Assembly: GCA_020072965.1 (NCBI GenBank)
Contig: JAIQFY010000011.1
Location: 14,925-78,924 of the forward strand
Length of the DNA: 64,000 nucleotides
Direction: 5' to 3'
From: Terriglobia bacterium
GTDB taxonomy: Bacteria > Acidobacteriota > Terriglobia > JAIQFV01
Position 1 is the first letter of the stretch. Every line of letters starts with the position of its first letter. The position numbers and the translations under genes are program-made. Shown piece after piece: positions 1-10,510 of this stretch. Below the pieces are notes generated by a model. The model searched no databases and was not told where the DNA came from. It saw only the letters and a program-made list of their open reading frames with translations.

Positions 1-29
1 ATTTGAGGGTTGCAGAGAGGATGACGGTC

Positions 30-404
30 ATGAAGTGGGGCAAGCGGGCAGGAGTTCTCTTAATCAGTTTCGTATGGATGTTAGGGTTAGGTTGTGCATC
101 CAATGCCCAATGGTACAGTGAAAAGCAGATCAAGAAACTGCGCAAAAGCTCGCGTGCGGTAGTCACCCTGGCACAGGCTTCTGTGAGACTGGATGTCCAT
201 CCGAAGGGCGCGCTTGTTTATGTGGATGGCAATCTGGCCGGCACGGTACAGGATTTCAACGGCAGTAACGAACGACTTTTTCTTTTTCCCGGACGGCACA
301 CCCTTGAACTGCGCGATCCCGACTATGAGACCTTCTCGACGGATGTGAAGGTTCTCCCCGAACAGGATTTCCGTCTGAAGGTCCGCATGCACAAGCGGGA
401 GTAG
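30..404 (+). CDS. PEGA-domain putative lipoprotein
   Basis: Lipobox-like LGLGC after a hydrophobic stretch; PEGA-like VHPKGALVYVDG...LFPGRHTLELRDPDYETF. The start codon (21 or 30) is uncertain. Confidence 0.7.
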   Translation: MKWGKRAGVLLISFVWMLGLGCASNAQWYSEKQIKKLRKSSRAVVTLAQASVRLDVHPKGALVYVDGNLAGTVQDFNGSNERLFLFPGRHTLELRDPDYETFSTDVKVLPEQDFRLKVRMHKRE

Positions 405-583
405 GGTCCCCCACCTTTGCGGCCGCCACACCTTTCTGGGGTACGGGGTGCAGCCCGGCGAATCGCTTTGGTCGCCCGGGTCCGACAAGGCCAACGCCGA
501 GGCCAACCAACCTACGAAAATCCGGAACTCTTGTTTATAAAACAAGACCCGCTCAGGTCAGAAATACGAAGAGAAGAGCGCCG

Positions 584-1153
584 CTAGGCGGTCGAACCTC
601 GACCCGCGGCCAGCGGGGTTGTGAGTTTTGCTACAATGGCCTCGCCAAAGGCCCTTGCTGCATCGGGGTTTTCACCCGTCACCAGATTTCCATCCACCGT
701 GACCGGCTCTCCTGTATAAACGGCTCCCCCTTTTTCAAATTCACTCATGGAGTCTGCCGTCTTATAGACTGTGGCGCGGTGACCCGCGAGGACACCGGCC
801 CGCGCCAGAACGGCCCCCGAGAGGCAGATGGCCGCGGTTGTCTTACCGGAAGTCTTGGCTTCACCGAGCAGGGCATGCAACCTTCGATCTCCCCAAAGGT
901 ACTCGGGGGACCCCATGCCGCCGACCACCACGATGGCATCGAAGTCCGCCATTTTCACTTCCGAGATCAGCAGGTCTGGCTTCACTTTCGCGCCTAACAT
1001 TCCCGTGCACTCCATCTTGGAGCGGCTGGCCACTTTCACCGTGGCGCCGGCCGCTTCAAGGATCTGCCGCGGAACAAGCAGTTCTTCATCCCGAAATTGA
1101 TCGGGGGCAATCACCATGACCACCTTCTTGTCGGAGAGTTTCTTTGTGACCAT
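584..1153 (-). CDS. DJ-1/PfpI family protein
   Basis: FRDEEL, FDAIVVVGG, nucleophile AAICLS, VTVDGNLVTGENP; GGAGG RBS upstream. Confidence 0.9.
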   Translation of the reverse strand: MVTKKLSDKKVVMVIAPDQFRDEELLVPRQILEAAGATVKVASRSKMECTGMLGAKVKPDLLISEVKMADFDAIVVVGGMGSPEYLWGDRRLHALLGEAKTSGKTTAAICLSGAVLARAGVLAGHRATVYKTADSMSEFEKGGAVYTGEPVTVDGNLVTGENPDAARAFGEAIVAKLTTPLAAGRGSTA

Positions 1154-1282
1154 GACACCTCCTTCTTGAGCGTAACGGCATCAAGGGTTTTCATTGAACG
1201 TCAGGAGCAATGAAATTATAATCCCGGTCGCACCCCAGGACTCAACGGAAAGTCTGAACGGAGCATCGCCCTGATTCCCATC

Positions 1283-2524
1283 GTGCTGACAACCTTCTAT
1301 GTGCTCGCGATCCTGGTGGTAATCCAGGGTATCGTCTCGGTACTGGAGGGCGTGCACTACCATCGTTACATTTTGTCCACCTCGCGCCAAACCAGGGTCG
1401 ATGGGCCCCCGCCGCGGATTACAGTGGTCGTGCCTTGTAAGGGCGATGACCACGAACTGGCAGAAAATCTAAGAGCCGTCCTCCACCAGGATTCTCCGGC
1501 CTTCGAAACCATCTTCGTCACGGCTAGCGTGGATGATCCCGCCCAAACGATCTTTGAGAGACTGCGCGTCGAGTTTCCCCTGCAAATCATCAAAAGTGTG
1601 GTTGCCGGCACGAGTGACCAGCGTGGAGAGAAAGTAAATAACCTTTTGAAGGCGCTCGACCAGGCCGATCCCTCCTCAGAAGTTTTTGCCTTCGCCGATT
1701 CTGACGCCCGGCCTCCCTCCTTTTGGCTCCGTGAACTGGTCGCCCCTCTCCATGCCCCGGGAGCGGTCCCCGGCGCGGTCACGGGATATCGATGGTACCT
1801 TCCTGAACGTCGAAACCTGCCGAGTGTGCTGCGGAGTGCCTGGAACGCCGGAATTGTGACCCTGCTGGGGGCACATGACAAGAATTTCTGCTGGGGCGGC
1901 TCCACGGCTATCCGGAGACTAACTTTTGAGCGCGCTCGGGTCAGGGACTACTGGCAGCATTCCATCAGCGACGATTATTCATTGACGCAAGCCCTCCGGG
2001 AGGCCCAACTGGCTATCCGCTTTGTGCCGCAATGCCTGCTCCCCTCGAGCGGGCGTACCACCTGGCGCGAAGTCATGGAGTGGAGCACTCGCCAACTCAT
2101 CCTTACACGGATCTATTCGAATAGACTCTGGAAACTGGCCGCCGTCTCACAAACAGGCTTTACGCTTGTTGTTCTCTTGGCCATCGCGCTGTTGCCACGC
2201 GAATGGCGATTATTTTCCCCTACAAGCAGTTCTGGTCCGACCTTCTTCAACTGGATTGTCCGCCTTCCCGTGACGAGTATATTATTCATGATTTTTGTCC
2301 TTGGGTCTATTCGCGGTCTCTTCCGATGGCTTTCGGTGAGAGTCATTCTTTCGGACCATATGAAAAACCTCGACTACTTCGCCTGGGCATATATCCTGCT
2401 GCCGCCGGCAATCTCCCTCTTCAGCACATTCATTCTCTGGCGCTCGGCCATGACTCGTGTAGTGGCGTGGCGGGGCAAGGTCTACGAATTGGTCTCGTCG
2501 CGGGAAGTGAAAGTCCTGCAATGA
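1283..2524 (+). CDS. Glycosyltransferase family 2/21 (ceramide glucosyltransferase/HpnI-like), membrane-bound
   Basis: VVVPCKG, KVNNL, FADSD, ISDD and WSTRQ motifs; N- and C-terminal TM segments. Confidence 0.8.
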   Translation: MLTTFYVLAILVVIQGIVSVLEGVHYHRYILSTSRQTRVDGPPPRITVVVPCKGDDHELAENLRAVLHQDSPAFETIFVTASVDDPAQTIFERLRVEFPLQIIKSVVAGTSDQRGEKVNNLLKALDQADPSSEVFAFADSDARPPSFWLRELVAPLHAPGAVPGAVTGYRWYLPERRNLPSVLRSAWNAGIVTLLGAHDKNFCWGGSTAIRRLTFERARVRDYWQHSISDDYSLTQALREAQLAIRFVPQCLLPSSGRTTWREVMEWSTRQLILTRIYSNRLWKLAAVSQTGFTLVVLLAIALLPREWRLFSPTSSSGPTFFNWIVRLPVTSILFMIFVLGSIRGLFRWLSVRVILSDHMKNLDYFAWAYILLPPAISLFSTFILWRSAMTRVVAWRGKVYELVSSREVKVLQ

Positions 2525-2665
2525 GCACACCTCGACTCTCCGAAAGCTAACAGGGATGAGTGAGCAAATGCAGGAGGACTCGAATTTTCATTTTCCAGGT
2601 CCTCGGGTGCCTTTCTACCGGCGCTCTTCCTTGGCTTACCCTTACCGCAAGTTGAACAACGGTGG

Positions 2666-3295
2666 CTACAGCTTCCGGCACACCGCGACGCCGTCACGGA
2701 TCGGAAGAATTGTGGTGAAGAGCCTGGTTGAGGAGTAAATCAGGCGATTGAACTCCTGGATTTTTCGGGTCGATAGGTCCGGCCGAGAGCGGGCGACACG
2801 GCCACTCCAGAGGACGTTGTCGGTAATAAATAACCCTCCCTTGCGGACTCGTGGAACCGCCACTTTGAAGACATCCGGATACCAGTACTTGTCGACATCA
2901 TTGAAGATGATGTCGAAATCACCCCTCACCTGCTGGAGGAGATCCAGGGCGTTGCCGACCATCACATGGATTCTTTTTGAAACGCCGGCGCGCTTGAAAT
3001 ACCCTTCGGCTTCCTTCGCGTTCTTCGGGTTTCCGTCGGTGTAAAACACCTCGCCCCGCTCTCCCACTGCCCTCGCCAGCCACAGGGTCGAATAGCCAAT
3101 CGCGGAACCCATTTCAAAGACTCGCTTCGCGCCGGTCGCGGTCGCCAGAAGGTAGAGGACCCGAGCCACAGCCGGTCCAATAATTGGAATGGCGCGTTTC
3201 GCCGCTTCAGCTTCCATCTTCCTCAACACGACGTCCCGAGGCGGAAGCAAATCGTAGATGTAGCGTTCCACTTCGCGATTCGTAATCTCGTTCAT
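2666..3295 (-). CDS. O-methyltransferase (caffeoyl-CoA OMT/Methyltransf_3-like)
   Basis: FEMGSAIGYSTLWLA, FDIIFNDVDK, ITDNVLWSG, LPIRDG. Confidence 0.88.
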   Translation of the reverse strand: MNEITNREVERYIYDLLPPRDVVLRKMEAEAAKRAIPIIGPAVARVLYLLATATGAKRVFEMGSAIGYSTLWLARAVGERGEVFYTDGNPKNAKEAEGYFKRAGVSKRIHVMVGNALDLLQQVRGDFDIIFNDVDKYWYPDVFKVAVPRVRKGGLFITDNVLWSGRVARSRPDLSTRKIQEFNRLIYSSTRLFTTILPIRDGVAVCRKL

Positions 3296-3447
3296 CTCAG
3301 CTCCTGGTTCATGCAGGAATTTTAGAAAACCACCGCCGCAATCGCCAAACCAAAACCCGGAACGGATGACGTCAAAGGCCTTTATCCTTGAAAACTCGGG
3401 GGGGGTTCAGCGAAGGCTCTAGGTCGTTTGCGGGGGTTAACTTCCCA

Positions 3448-3951
3448 TCAATTGATCTTCCGTTTCAGCTGGTCCAGTGCCTGACGCGCCAATGCGTAAT
3501 CCGGAGCGATCTCGAGCGAGCGCTCCAGGCAGGCGCGGGCGCGTGTGTACATTTCTTTGGCAATATAGATTCGCCCGAGGTTATAGTGAGGATAATGATA
3601 GGCATCGTAGCGCTTCGCCTCGATGGCTTTTTCAAGCCACGGGACCGCCTCATCGGGACGGCCCAGATCAATCAGGTAGACGCCGATATCGTTGTAGGGA
3701 TTCCCAAAATCCGGGTCCACCCGGATGGCCTGTTTGCATTCTTCGATCGCTTCCTCGATCCGGCCCTGAAAGCTGTATGTCCAGCCCAGGAAGGTATGCG
3801 CCTCCGCCGTGGGAAAGACTTCGATGGATTCCCGGTACAGATCAACGGCTTCTTCTAAATCGCCGCTCATCTGCTTTTCATAGGCCTGTCGAAATAGCTC
3901 GACGGCCCGGACCACCTCTTCAGGATCAATTGACATAGGAGAATTCATCAT
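3448..3951 (-). CDS. Tetratricopeptide repeat protein
   Basis: AEAHTFLGW, GNPYNDIG and PHYNLGRIY TPR helices; start probably 3951 or 3936 rather than 4068. Confidence 0.85.
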   Translation of the reverse strand: MMNSPMSIDPEEVVRAVELFRQAYEKQMSGDLEEAVDLYRESIEVFPTAEAHTFLGWTYSFQGRIEEAIEECKQAIRVDPDFGNPYNDIGVYLIDLGRPDEAVPWLEKAIEAKRYDAYHYPHYNLGRIYIAKEMYTRARACLERSLEIAPDYALARQALDQLKRKIN

Positions 3952-4166
3952 ACCTGACCCCTGGCGAAAGTGGAAGAGCCCAATTCCTTGCGGACGGGTG
4001 AAGGAGATCCACCCACAGAACCCGGACTCGAGATTGAATAATTCACCAAAAGTAGTTAGAATCTGCACTCCCTTCTGGAGTGTGTGATCTGGGTTTTATC
4101 CCACAGTCCGGTCATTTCAGGAGGGGCATCTTGTTGGGTAACAAATAGAAAGGGATCCGGGAAATT

Positions 4167-4739
4167 ATGAAGCATCCATCGAGGACGGCCAGAGTTTTTC
4201 TGATGAGAATTATTCTTCTGTATGCACTCCTTCTCATGTCATTTTCCAGCGCCCGGTTGAATGCAGAGGAACCGGGTCAATCCCCCGGTGCAAAGGATGC
4301 GAAACCCGAAGCCAAACCCCTTGAGGTTTCAATCATCAATGCCCGCAAATTCAGTGAAACCCTGAAGAAACTCAAAGGTAAGATTGTTGTGATCAACATG
4401 TGGGCCACCTGGTGCGTGCCCTGCCGAAAAGAGTTCCCGATTCTCGTTCAACTGTACCAGCAATACAAATCCAGGGGGATGGAACTTCTGGCCATTTCGA
4501 ATGACGACTTCCAGAATCTTGAAGACGTTAAGGATTTTGTCAGAGAGCAGCATGCTCAATTTCCCGCGTTCATCGTCGATCCTGATGGCGCGAACGACTT
4601 GCGGGAAGCCATTTATCCGGAATGGACCGGGGGGCTGCCCTCGACGTTTTTCTTCGATCGTCACGGCGATCTGAAGGGAAAAATTTTGGGAATGCTCGAC
4701 CGCGAGGAGTTTGAGGACAGGATTAAACCCTTGCTCTGA
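4167..4739 (+). CDS. TlpA-family thiol:disulfide oxidoreductase, exported
   Basis: INMWATWCVPCRKEFP, GLPSTFF; signal peptide (start may be 4203). Confidence 0.88.
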   Translation: MKHPSRTARVFLMRIILLYALLLMSFSSARLNAEEPGQSPGAKDAKPEAKPLEVSIINARKFSETLKKLKGKIVVINMWATWCVPCRKEFPILVQLYQQYKSRGMELLAISNDDFQNLEDVKDFVREQHAQFPAFIVDPDGANDLREAIYPEWTGGLPSTFFFDRHGDLKGKILGMLDREEFEDRIKPLL

Positions 4740-4799
4740 TCGGATCAATTTGTTGCGACCTCATCCTACTCAAGAGTTTCGGAAAAAGTGCGGGGGACC

Positions 4800-5459
4800 A
4801 TGGACAGCAAAGAATTCGTGAAGGAACTTCAATCATCCAATAACAAAATCCTTGAACGGCTGCGCTCCCCTGTCGATATTCTGTCCGGGCCGGAAGCGGC
4901 GATGTCCATTCCAAGTCTTTTGAAGATCGCCCTCAAGAACGAAGTCGAGGCCACGGAGCTGGCGGCCGTCTGGATGCCGACAACTGCCAATGTGGAGGTG
5001 AAGATGGCGTTCGCGCGCCAGGTGGGCGACGAAGCCAAACATTACCGGCTCATTGAGGAGCGGCTTCATCAACTGGGAGAATCACTGGAGGGTTTTAATC
5101 CTCTCGGTCACGGATATTCGCCCCTGTTCAAGTTTTTGAGCGTGCTCCGGGACATGGTGGACCGGGTGGCAGCTGCCCAGTTCACTCGCGAGGCCATCGC
5201 CGTGGTCAAGAACGAACAGTTCATTGCCTTATGCGAGGCCAAGGGCGATCACGAAACCGCACGCCTCTATCGGGACATCATTCAGCCGGACGAAGAATTC
5301 CACCACGAGCTGGGTCGAAGGCTCCTGGAAAAGTATGCCACCACTGAAGAGCTGCAGTCGAACGCCCGTCTCAGCGCCCGTCAGACGCTGGAGTTGGCGG
5401 ATGAGCTTCAGGGACTCGCTTTCAAGCAACTCGGAATCCACCATGCGCCCGGCTGTTGA
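4800..5459 (+). CDS. Ferritin-like (diiron four-helix) protein
   Basis: Paired E...ExxH motifs: NEVE, DEAKH, REA, DEEFH. Confidence 0.8.
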   Translation: MDSKEFVKELQSSNNKILERLRSPVDILSGPEAAMSIPSLLKIALKNEVEATELAAVWMPTTANVEVKMAFARQVGDEAKHYRLIEERLHQLGESLEGFNPLGHGYSPLFKFLSVLRDMVDRVAAAQFTREAIAVVKNEQFIALCEAKGDHETARLYRDIIQPDEEFHHELGRRLLEKYATTEELQSNARLSARQTLELADELQGLAFKQLGIHHAPGC

Positions 5460-5486
5460 GCTGCACCCTTCTTTTATTGAACTGCC

Positions 5487-5753
5487 ATGCCTGATTTCTT
5501 TCCGGTCATTGACCAGCTTCTGAGCCAGCTGATTGAGCAGCAGCGCTGCAAAGTGATGCGCTTGGCTCACTCACTTAATTCTTCATTGACCTTTGAGGAT
5601 CTTTTGAATCCTCAGACATTCCCCGAGCTGGCTGCCAATCCCTCCTTCAACTACGAGGATGGAATCCTGGCGGGACTATTGAGTGCACAGATGGCAATGC
5701 GCGCGGAAGGCCGGCAACTGGCCTCGTCACAGGAATCCCGGAACGCAGGCTGA
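5487..5753 (+). CDS. Hypothetical protein
   Basis: 88-aa ORF in operon position between the ferritin-like and GlcG genes; FNYEDGILAGL looks like a conserved motif. Confidence 0.65.
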   Translation: MPDFFPVIDQLLSQLIEQQRCKVMRLAHSLNSSLTFEDLLNPQTFPELAANPSFNYEDGILAGLLSAQMAMRAEGRQLASSQESRNAG

Positions 5754-5817
5754 ATGAACTCAGCGCCCGCGGTGTGGCCTTCGCGGGGAGTCTCGAAACC
5801 TCTTTGGAAGCCTTCCC

Positions 5818-6252
5818 ATGATTACTGTTCCTAAGCTGACGCTCGATGACGTAAAGAAAATAATGGAGGCGACGGAATCGAAGGCCCGCTCGATCGGCGT
5901 GGACCTGGACATTGCCATCGTGGACGATGGTGGTCATCTACTCATGTTTGAGCGGATGGACAGCGCCAAGATCACCTCCATCCAGGTTTCCATTGACAAG
6001 GCCTTCACGGCGGCTGGAGCGCGCCGGCCCACGCATGAGTATGCCGCAGTGGCGGGCGCCGGTGGGCCCGCCTTCGGAATCCATGTCAGTCACCAGGGTC
6101 GTTTCTCCATTGTCGGGGGCGGAGTTCCCATTTTCGTGGAGGGTCGCATCGTCGGTGCCGTCGGCTGCAGTTCGGGCACGGCAGAACAGGATCGCGAGGT
6201 GGCCGAGGCAGGTATTCAGGCGTTCATGAGGGGCCTATCCCAAATGGGTTAG
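5818..6252 (+). CDS. GlcG/HbpS family heme-binding protein
   Basis: IAIVDDGGHL..FERMD, KAFTA, GGGVPI, GAVGCSSG...DREVA. Confidence 0.88.
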   Translation: MITVPKLTLDDVKKIMEATESKARSIGVDLDIAIVDDGGHLLMFERMDSAKITSIQVSIDKAFTAAGARRPTHEYAAVAGAGGPAFGIHVSHQGRFSIVGGGVPIFVEGRIVGAVGCSSGTAEQDREVAEAGIQAFMRGLSQMG

Positions 6253-6403
6253 TTTCGGCACCGACAATCCGAACCCAACGCAGCACTCGCGACTGCAGCT
6301 GCTGTCTTCTGTACCCCTTGGCTCATTCAAATTTCCCCCCCAGTCAAAAAATAATTCCGCTATAATGACCTTCTTTTACAAACTGTAGAGACGATCATCC
6401 TTC

Positions 6404-7612
6404 ATGACGAAGAGAACTGCTCTTCACGGGATTGAAAAAACACTGGGCGCGGCTTTTGGAATCCGCTCCACGCCAGGACCGGAGGGCCCCGAAGGGGCCT
6501 GGGAAATCGCATCCGTCTACTCGACGGTCGACGATGAATATGCCGCGGTCCGGGAGGGGATTGGATTCTTCGACTTCTCCCACCGAGGAAAAATCCGGGT
6601 GAAGGGCCCCGACAGCCTCAAGTACCTGCACGGGCAGGTTACCAACGAGATCAAGAAACTGCCCCTTCATGCCGGTTGTTATGCCTTGGCATTGACCCAC
6701 AAAGGGGCCGTGATCGGAGACTTGAATATCTACCGGACAGGCGTCGAAGAACTCCTGATCGATACTTCTGAGTATTGTACTCACCAGGTGTTTGATCAAC
6801 TGCTGCGGTTCGCGATCTCCGATGACGTGGAGATAGAAAACGTCGGTGAGAGCATCTGCCACCTCGCCATCCATGGACCGGGCACAATCCGTTTTTTCCT
6901 CGAACAGTTGCACCCTCCGGAGGCCGAGAGGGTATCGCCGTCGAACTCCATTCAAGAGTCCACCCTGGACTCCAGCCACCTCCTCGTCGTTCGGCAAGGC
7001 TATGACAAGGGGGTGGGATGGACCGGAGAGATTGGCTTCGATCTCTTCCTGGAGGGACAAGACCCCGGGAAACTGTGGAATGCAATCCTCCAAAAAGGAA
7101 AACCGTATGGCATGAAATGCGTCGGTATGAAAGCCTTCAACACCTTGCGCCTGGAAGCCGGAGTCCCGCTTTACGGATTGGATATGAGTGAGGACAATCT
7201 CCCCCAGGAGGTGCTTGCTTCCGAGGACGACTTTCGGCGGGCCATTTCCACCGACAAGGGGTGTTATATCGGTCAGGAAGTCGTCGCACGCCTTGTTTCA
7301 CGCGGACATGTAAATCGTGTTCTGGCTGGACTGATATTGAATGACACCAACGAACCACGGAGGCGTTCCCCCCTTTTTGACGGTGGTAAAGCGGTGGGTG
7401 AGTTAACCAGCACTGCCTGGTCTCCTTCTCTGAAGAAAATAGTGGCCCTCGGGTATGTTCCTTTCCTCCGGGAGGAACCGGACTATGAATTCTCAGTCGG
7501 CGAGCCAAATTCGACGGTTCAGGCAAGGGTGGTCCCCCTTCCCTTTTATACGACAAGACACCTAGACGGAGAGGAGCTTCCCAGATTGAATTGGACGACC
7601 GAGGCGCATTGA
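6404..7612 (+). CDS. YgfZ/GcvT-family folate-binding protein
   Basis: FDFSHRGKIRVKG, LRLEAG and the signature KGCYIGQE. Confidence 0.88.
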   Translation: MTKRTALHGIEKTLGAAFGIRSTPGPEGPEGAWEIASVYSTVDDEYAAVREGIGFFDFSHRGKIRVKGPDSLKYLHGQVTNEIKKLPLHAGCYALALTHKGAVIGDLNIYRTGVEELLIDTSEYCTHQVFDQLLRFAISDDVEIENVGESICHLAIHGPGTIRFFLEQLHPPEAERVSPSNSIQESTLDSSHLLVVRQGYDKGVGWTGEIGFDLFLEGQDPGKLWNAILQKGKPYGMKCVGMKAFNTLRLEAGVPLYGLDMSEDNLPQEVLASEDDFRRAISTDKGCYIGQEVVARLVSRGHVNRVLAGLILNDTNEPRRRSPLFDGGKAVGELTSTAWSPSLKKIVALGYVPFLREEPDYEFSVGEPNSTVQARVVPLPFYTTRHLDGEELPRLNWTTEAH

Positions 7613-7695
7613 GACTCGCTCGGATTCCCGGAGGCTTTGACGATCACAATCTCATCCGCGTTCACCCGGGTTTGCCCTTGCTCACAAACTGACTC

Positions 7696-8886
7696 ATGAG
7701 ACAAAAATCTTCCCTGTTCACGATCTTTCTCATCGTTTTTATTGACCTGCTTGGCTTCGGCATTGTGGTCCCCTATCTCCCTTCATATGCGGTCGAGAAA
7801 TTTAAGGCGACAAATTTTGAAGTTGGCTTGCTCATGGCAAGTTTTTCGTTCATGCAGTTCATTTTTGCTCCGATCTGGGGCGGTCTGTCGGATCGCAAAG
7901 GGCGTCGTCCCATTTTGATCATGAGCCTGGCGGGCGCCAGCCTCTCCTATTGGATTCTGGGTATTGCAAACACTTTGCCCCTCCTTTTTTTCTCCCGCCT
8001 CCTCTCCGGAACGGCTGCAGCCAACATTTCAACGGCACAAGCCTATGTGAGTGACATCACAACCCCGGAGAATCGCGCCAAAGGGATGGGAATGATCGGC
8101 GCCGCGTTCGGGCTTGGGTTTATTTTCGGTCCGGCCATTGGCGGAGGGCTCAGCCATGTGAACTACGCGCTTCCGGCCTACTTCGGATGCGGGCTTTCAG
8201 CACTCGCCATGGTGATGGCTGTGTTTCTGCTCCCCGAATCGCTCCAGCCTTCCCGCGAAAGGGTCACTAGGGGACGCCAGATTGGTCCCCGCGCCATCTT
8301 GAAAGCATTCACTCATCCCCACCTGAGCCTCCTCTTTGTTATTTTCTTTATATTCACGTTCTCCTTTTCTTGTTACGAAACGACCTTCCCACTGGTGGGT
8401 CTCAAGAAATTTGGCTTTCACCCGGCACAGATTGGACTCTGGTTCGCTTATGTGGGCGTGGTGACCGCAGGAATTCAGGGTGGCCTCATTGGCCGGCTGG
8501 CAAAGAGATATGGCGAGCGCAAGCTGATTATCCTGGGTGTTGTGCTGACCATCATCGGGATTGTTTTTATTCCCTATTCCCCGTCGATGATGATCCTGGG
8601 AGCGGTTCTTCTCTCACTCGGCATCGGAGCAGGCATCACCAATCCCTCTCTCTCCAGCTTTATTTCGCTCTCGACCGAAGCCACGGAACAGGGCAGTGTC
8701 CTGGGGATGTCGCAATCTCTGTCGAGCCTCGCGAGAATCCTGGGGCCGATCTGGGGTGGCTTCGGTATGCAACACTGGGGATTTGGATTCCCTTATCTTA
8801 CTTGTGGCGGGTTGCTGGCTCTGGCGTTGCTTTCGGGACTGCGGCTCCTCAATGCACGCGTTGTCGTTGATCAGCCGATCGCATAG
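7696..8886 (+). CDS. MFS transporter (TetA/DHA1-like)
   Basis: GGLSDRKGRRP motif A, GFIFGPAIGG motif C, about 12 TM segments. Confidence 0.9.
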   Translation: MRQKSSLFTIFLIVFIDLLGFGIVVPYLPSYAVEKFKATNFEVGLLMASFSFMQFIFAPIWGGLSDRKGRRPILIMSLAGASLSYWILGIANTLPLLFFSRLLSGTAAANISTAQAYVSDITTPENRAKGMGMIGAAFGLGFIFGPAIGGGLSHVNYALPAYFGCGLSALAMVMAVFLLPESLQPSRERVTRGRQIGPRAILKAFTHPHLSLLFVIFFIFTFSFSCYETTFPLVGLKKFGFHPAQIGLWFAYVGVVTAGIQGGLIGRLAKRYGERKLIILGVVLTIIGIVFIPYSPSMMILGAVLLSLGIGAGITNPSLSSFISLSTEATEQGSVLGMSQSLSSLARILGPIWGGFGMQHWGFGFPYLTCGGLLALALLSGLRLLNARVVVDQPIA

Positions 8887-8981
8887 CCCAGTTTGACGAT
8901 ACCCCGAATCTTTCTCAGGACCATTCCGATGAGGATGAGCTCGCACCTCATACTTAATCGATTGGCTCATGGAGTTAACTG

Positions 8982-9914
8982 ATGCCTCTACCGGTTATCC
9001 TTGATTGCGACCCCGGACACGATGATGCCGTAGCCATTTTGCTGGCCTGCGCATCCCCCGAACTGGACGTGCTGGGTATTTCGACTGTGGCCGGGAATGT
9101 TCCCCTTGAAAAAACCTCAAAGAACGCCCTCAAGATCTGTGAGCTCGCCAAGCTTGATCATGTCAGGGTATATGCCGGCATGTCGCGCCCCCTGGTGAAG
9201 GAATTGCTGACCGCCGAGGAGGTACACGGAAAGAGCGGGCTCGATGGACCGGACTTGCCGGTCCCGAAGCGCCGCTTGGAGCCGAAACACAGCGTCGACT
9301 TCATCACCGAAGAATTATTGAGTCACAAGGAGCCTATCACCCTGATTCCCACAGGACCCTTAACCAATATTGCGATGGCGCTGGTCAGAGAACCCCGCAT
9401 CCGAAACCACATTCGGGAGATTGTCTTGATGGGGGGAGCGATCGCCGAAGGGAACACCACCCCCGCGGCGGAGTTCAACATCTACGTCGACCCTCACGCG
9501 GCAGATATCGTATTCCGCAGTGGTGTTCCTGTGACGATGATCGGGCTGGATGTGACCCATCAAGCGCTTGTGCTTCCCGACCGGTTGCAGCGGATCCGCG
9601 ATCTGGGATCCCACACCGCCCTCGTGGTGGCCGGGTTGATTGAGTTCTTCCAGGAGCACCATCGTGTCAAGTATGGCATGGCTGGGCCGCCGCTCCATGA
9701 TCCCTGTGCCGTGGCTGCGGTCGTGGATCGGACCCTTTTTCAGTTCAAGAAAATGCATGTGGCGATCGAATTGGAGGGGAGATTGACCCAGGGCCGGACC
9801 GTCTGTGACTTGTGGAACGTTACCGGAAATCCCGTAAATTCAGAGGTCGCGCTCTCGATCGACGCACCCCGGTTTTTCGATCTGCTGATTTCCCGCCTGG
9901 CGAAGTATCCCTAG
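8982..9914 (+). CDS. Inosine-uridine preferring nucleoside hydrolase (RihA-like)
   Basis: DCDPGHDD, GPLTN, AEFNIYVDP, LHDPCAV. Confidence 0.92.
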   Translation: MPLPVILDCDPGHDDAVAILLACASPELDVLGISTVAGNVPLEKTSKNALKICELAKLDHVRVYAGMSRPLVKELLTAEEVHGKSGLDGPDLPVPKRRLEPKHSVDFITEELLSHKEPITLIPTGPLTNIAMALVREPRIRNHIREIVLMGGAIAEGNTTPAAEFNIYVDPHAADIVFRSGVPVTMIGLDVTHQALVLPDRLQRIRDLGSHTALVVAGLIEFFQEHHRVKYGMAGPPLHDPCAVAAVVDRTLFQFKKMHVAIELEGRLTQGRTVCDLWNVTGNPVNSEVALSIDAPRFFDLLISRLAKYP

Positions 9915-10075
9915 ACCCTGAAAATACACCTGCCGAAGGCACAGCCGATGCCAACATTCCCTCTGAATGACATCCCATGACTTCCAAACTACCCTTGCCC
10001 TCGGAGCTGCTCCGCGAGGTTTCCGAATCTTTGCGGATCATGCTATAATCCGCCTCTTTTCTGTAGCTTTCTGCC

Positions 10076-10360
10076 ATGAGTGATCACGACCAGAACAACA
10101 AGGAATCGCAGCCCGGGAACCGACGCGAATTCCTGAGGCGGTTTCTGAAGAAGGGCGCTCCCCTTATCGTAGGGGCGGTGACAAAACCGCTCACGAATCT
10201 CCCGGGAGTTACCCCGCCTAAATTCGCCCCTGATGCGGAGAGTCCGGCTGTCCGCGCAGCGGTTGAAGCGGAGCATATTTCTGAAGAACTGAAAAAAGAA
10301 TTCGAACGTACGCATGAAGAGTTCATCCAAAACAATCCGGACTTCCTTGAGAAGCCGTGA
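10076..10360 (+). CDS. Hypothetical protein
   Basis: 94-aa ORF with an RREFL motif and an acidic helical C-terminus; TATAAT upstream at about 10044. Confidence 0.6.
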   Translation: MSDHDQNNKESQPGNRREFLRRFLKKGAPLIVGAVTKPLTNLPGVTPPKFAPDAESPAVRAAVEAEHISEELKKEFERTHEEFIQNNPDFLEKP

Positions 10361-10419
10361 TCATGATCAGGGATGAAGATCGCTTGAATTTGAAGCAAAA
10401 CAGTCAGGACAAGAAGGCA

Positions 10420-10470
10420 AACGACTAAAGTCGTTACTACAGCCTGGTAAACGACTGAAGACGTTACGAC
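10420..10470 (-). repeat. Tandem GTAG-type REP palindromes (30-bp period)
   Basis: AACGACTAAAGTCGTTACTAC (10420-10440) and AACGACTGAAGACGTTACGAC (10450-10470); the reverse complement of the first reads GTAG-TAACGACT-TT-AGTCGTT. Confidence 0.7.
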
Positions 10471-10510
10471 AGGCTGATGGACGAATAAAGGCGGGCTCTA
10501 CGACCGGCAT

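Noticed and set aside
5448-5480. Selenocysteine read-through at the GC-TGA end of the ferritin-like gene
   Set aside because: No convincing SECIS hairpin after the TGA, and another stop follows six codons later
10076-10360. Tat substrate (RREFL)
   Set aside because: No proper hydrophobic h-region or mature domain follows the motif
10420-10501. 30-bp periodic repeats as a CRISPR array
   Set aside because: Only 2-3 units, 9-nt spacers and no cas genes; they fit REP palindromes
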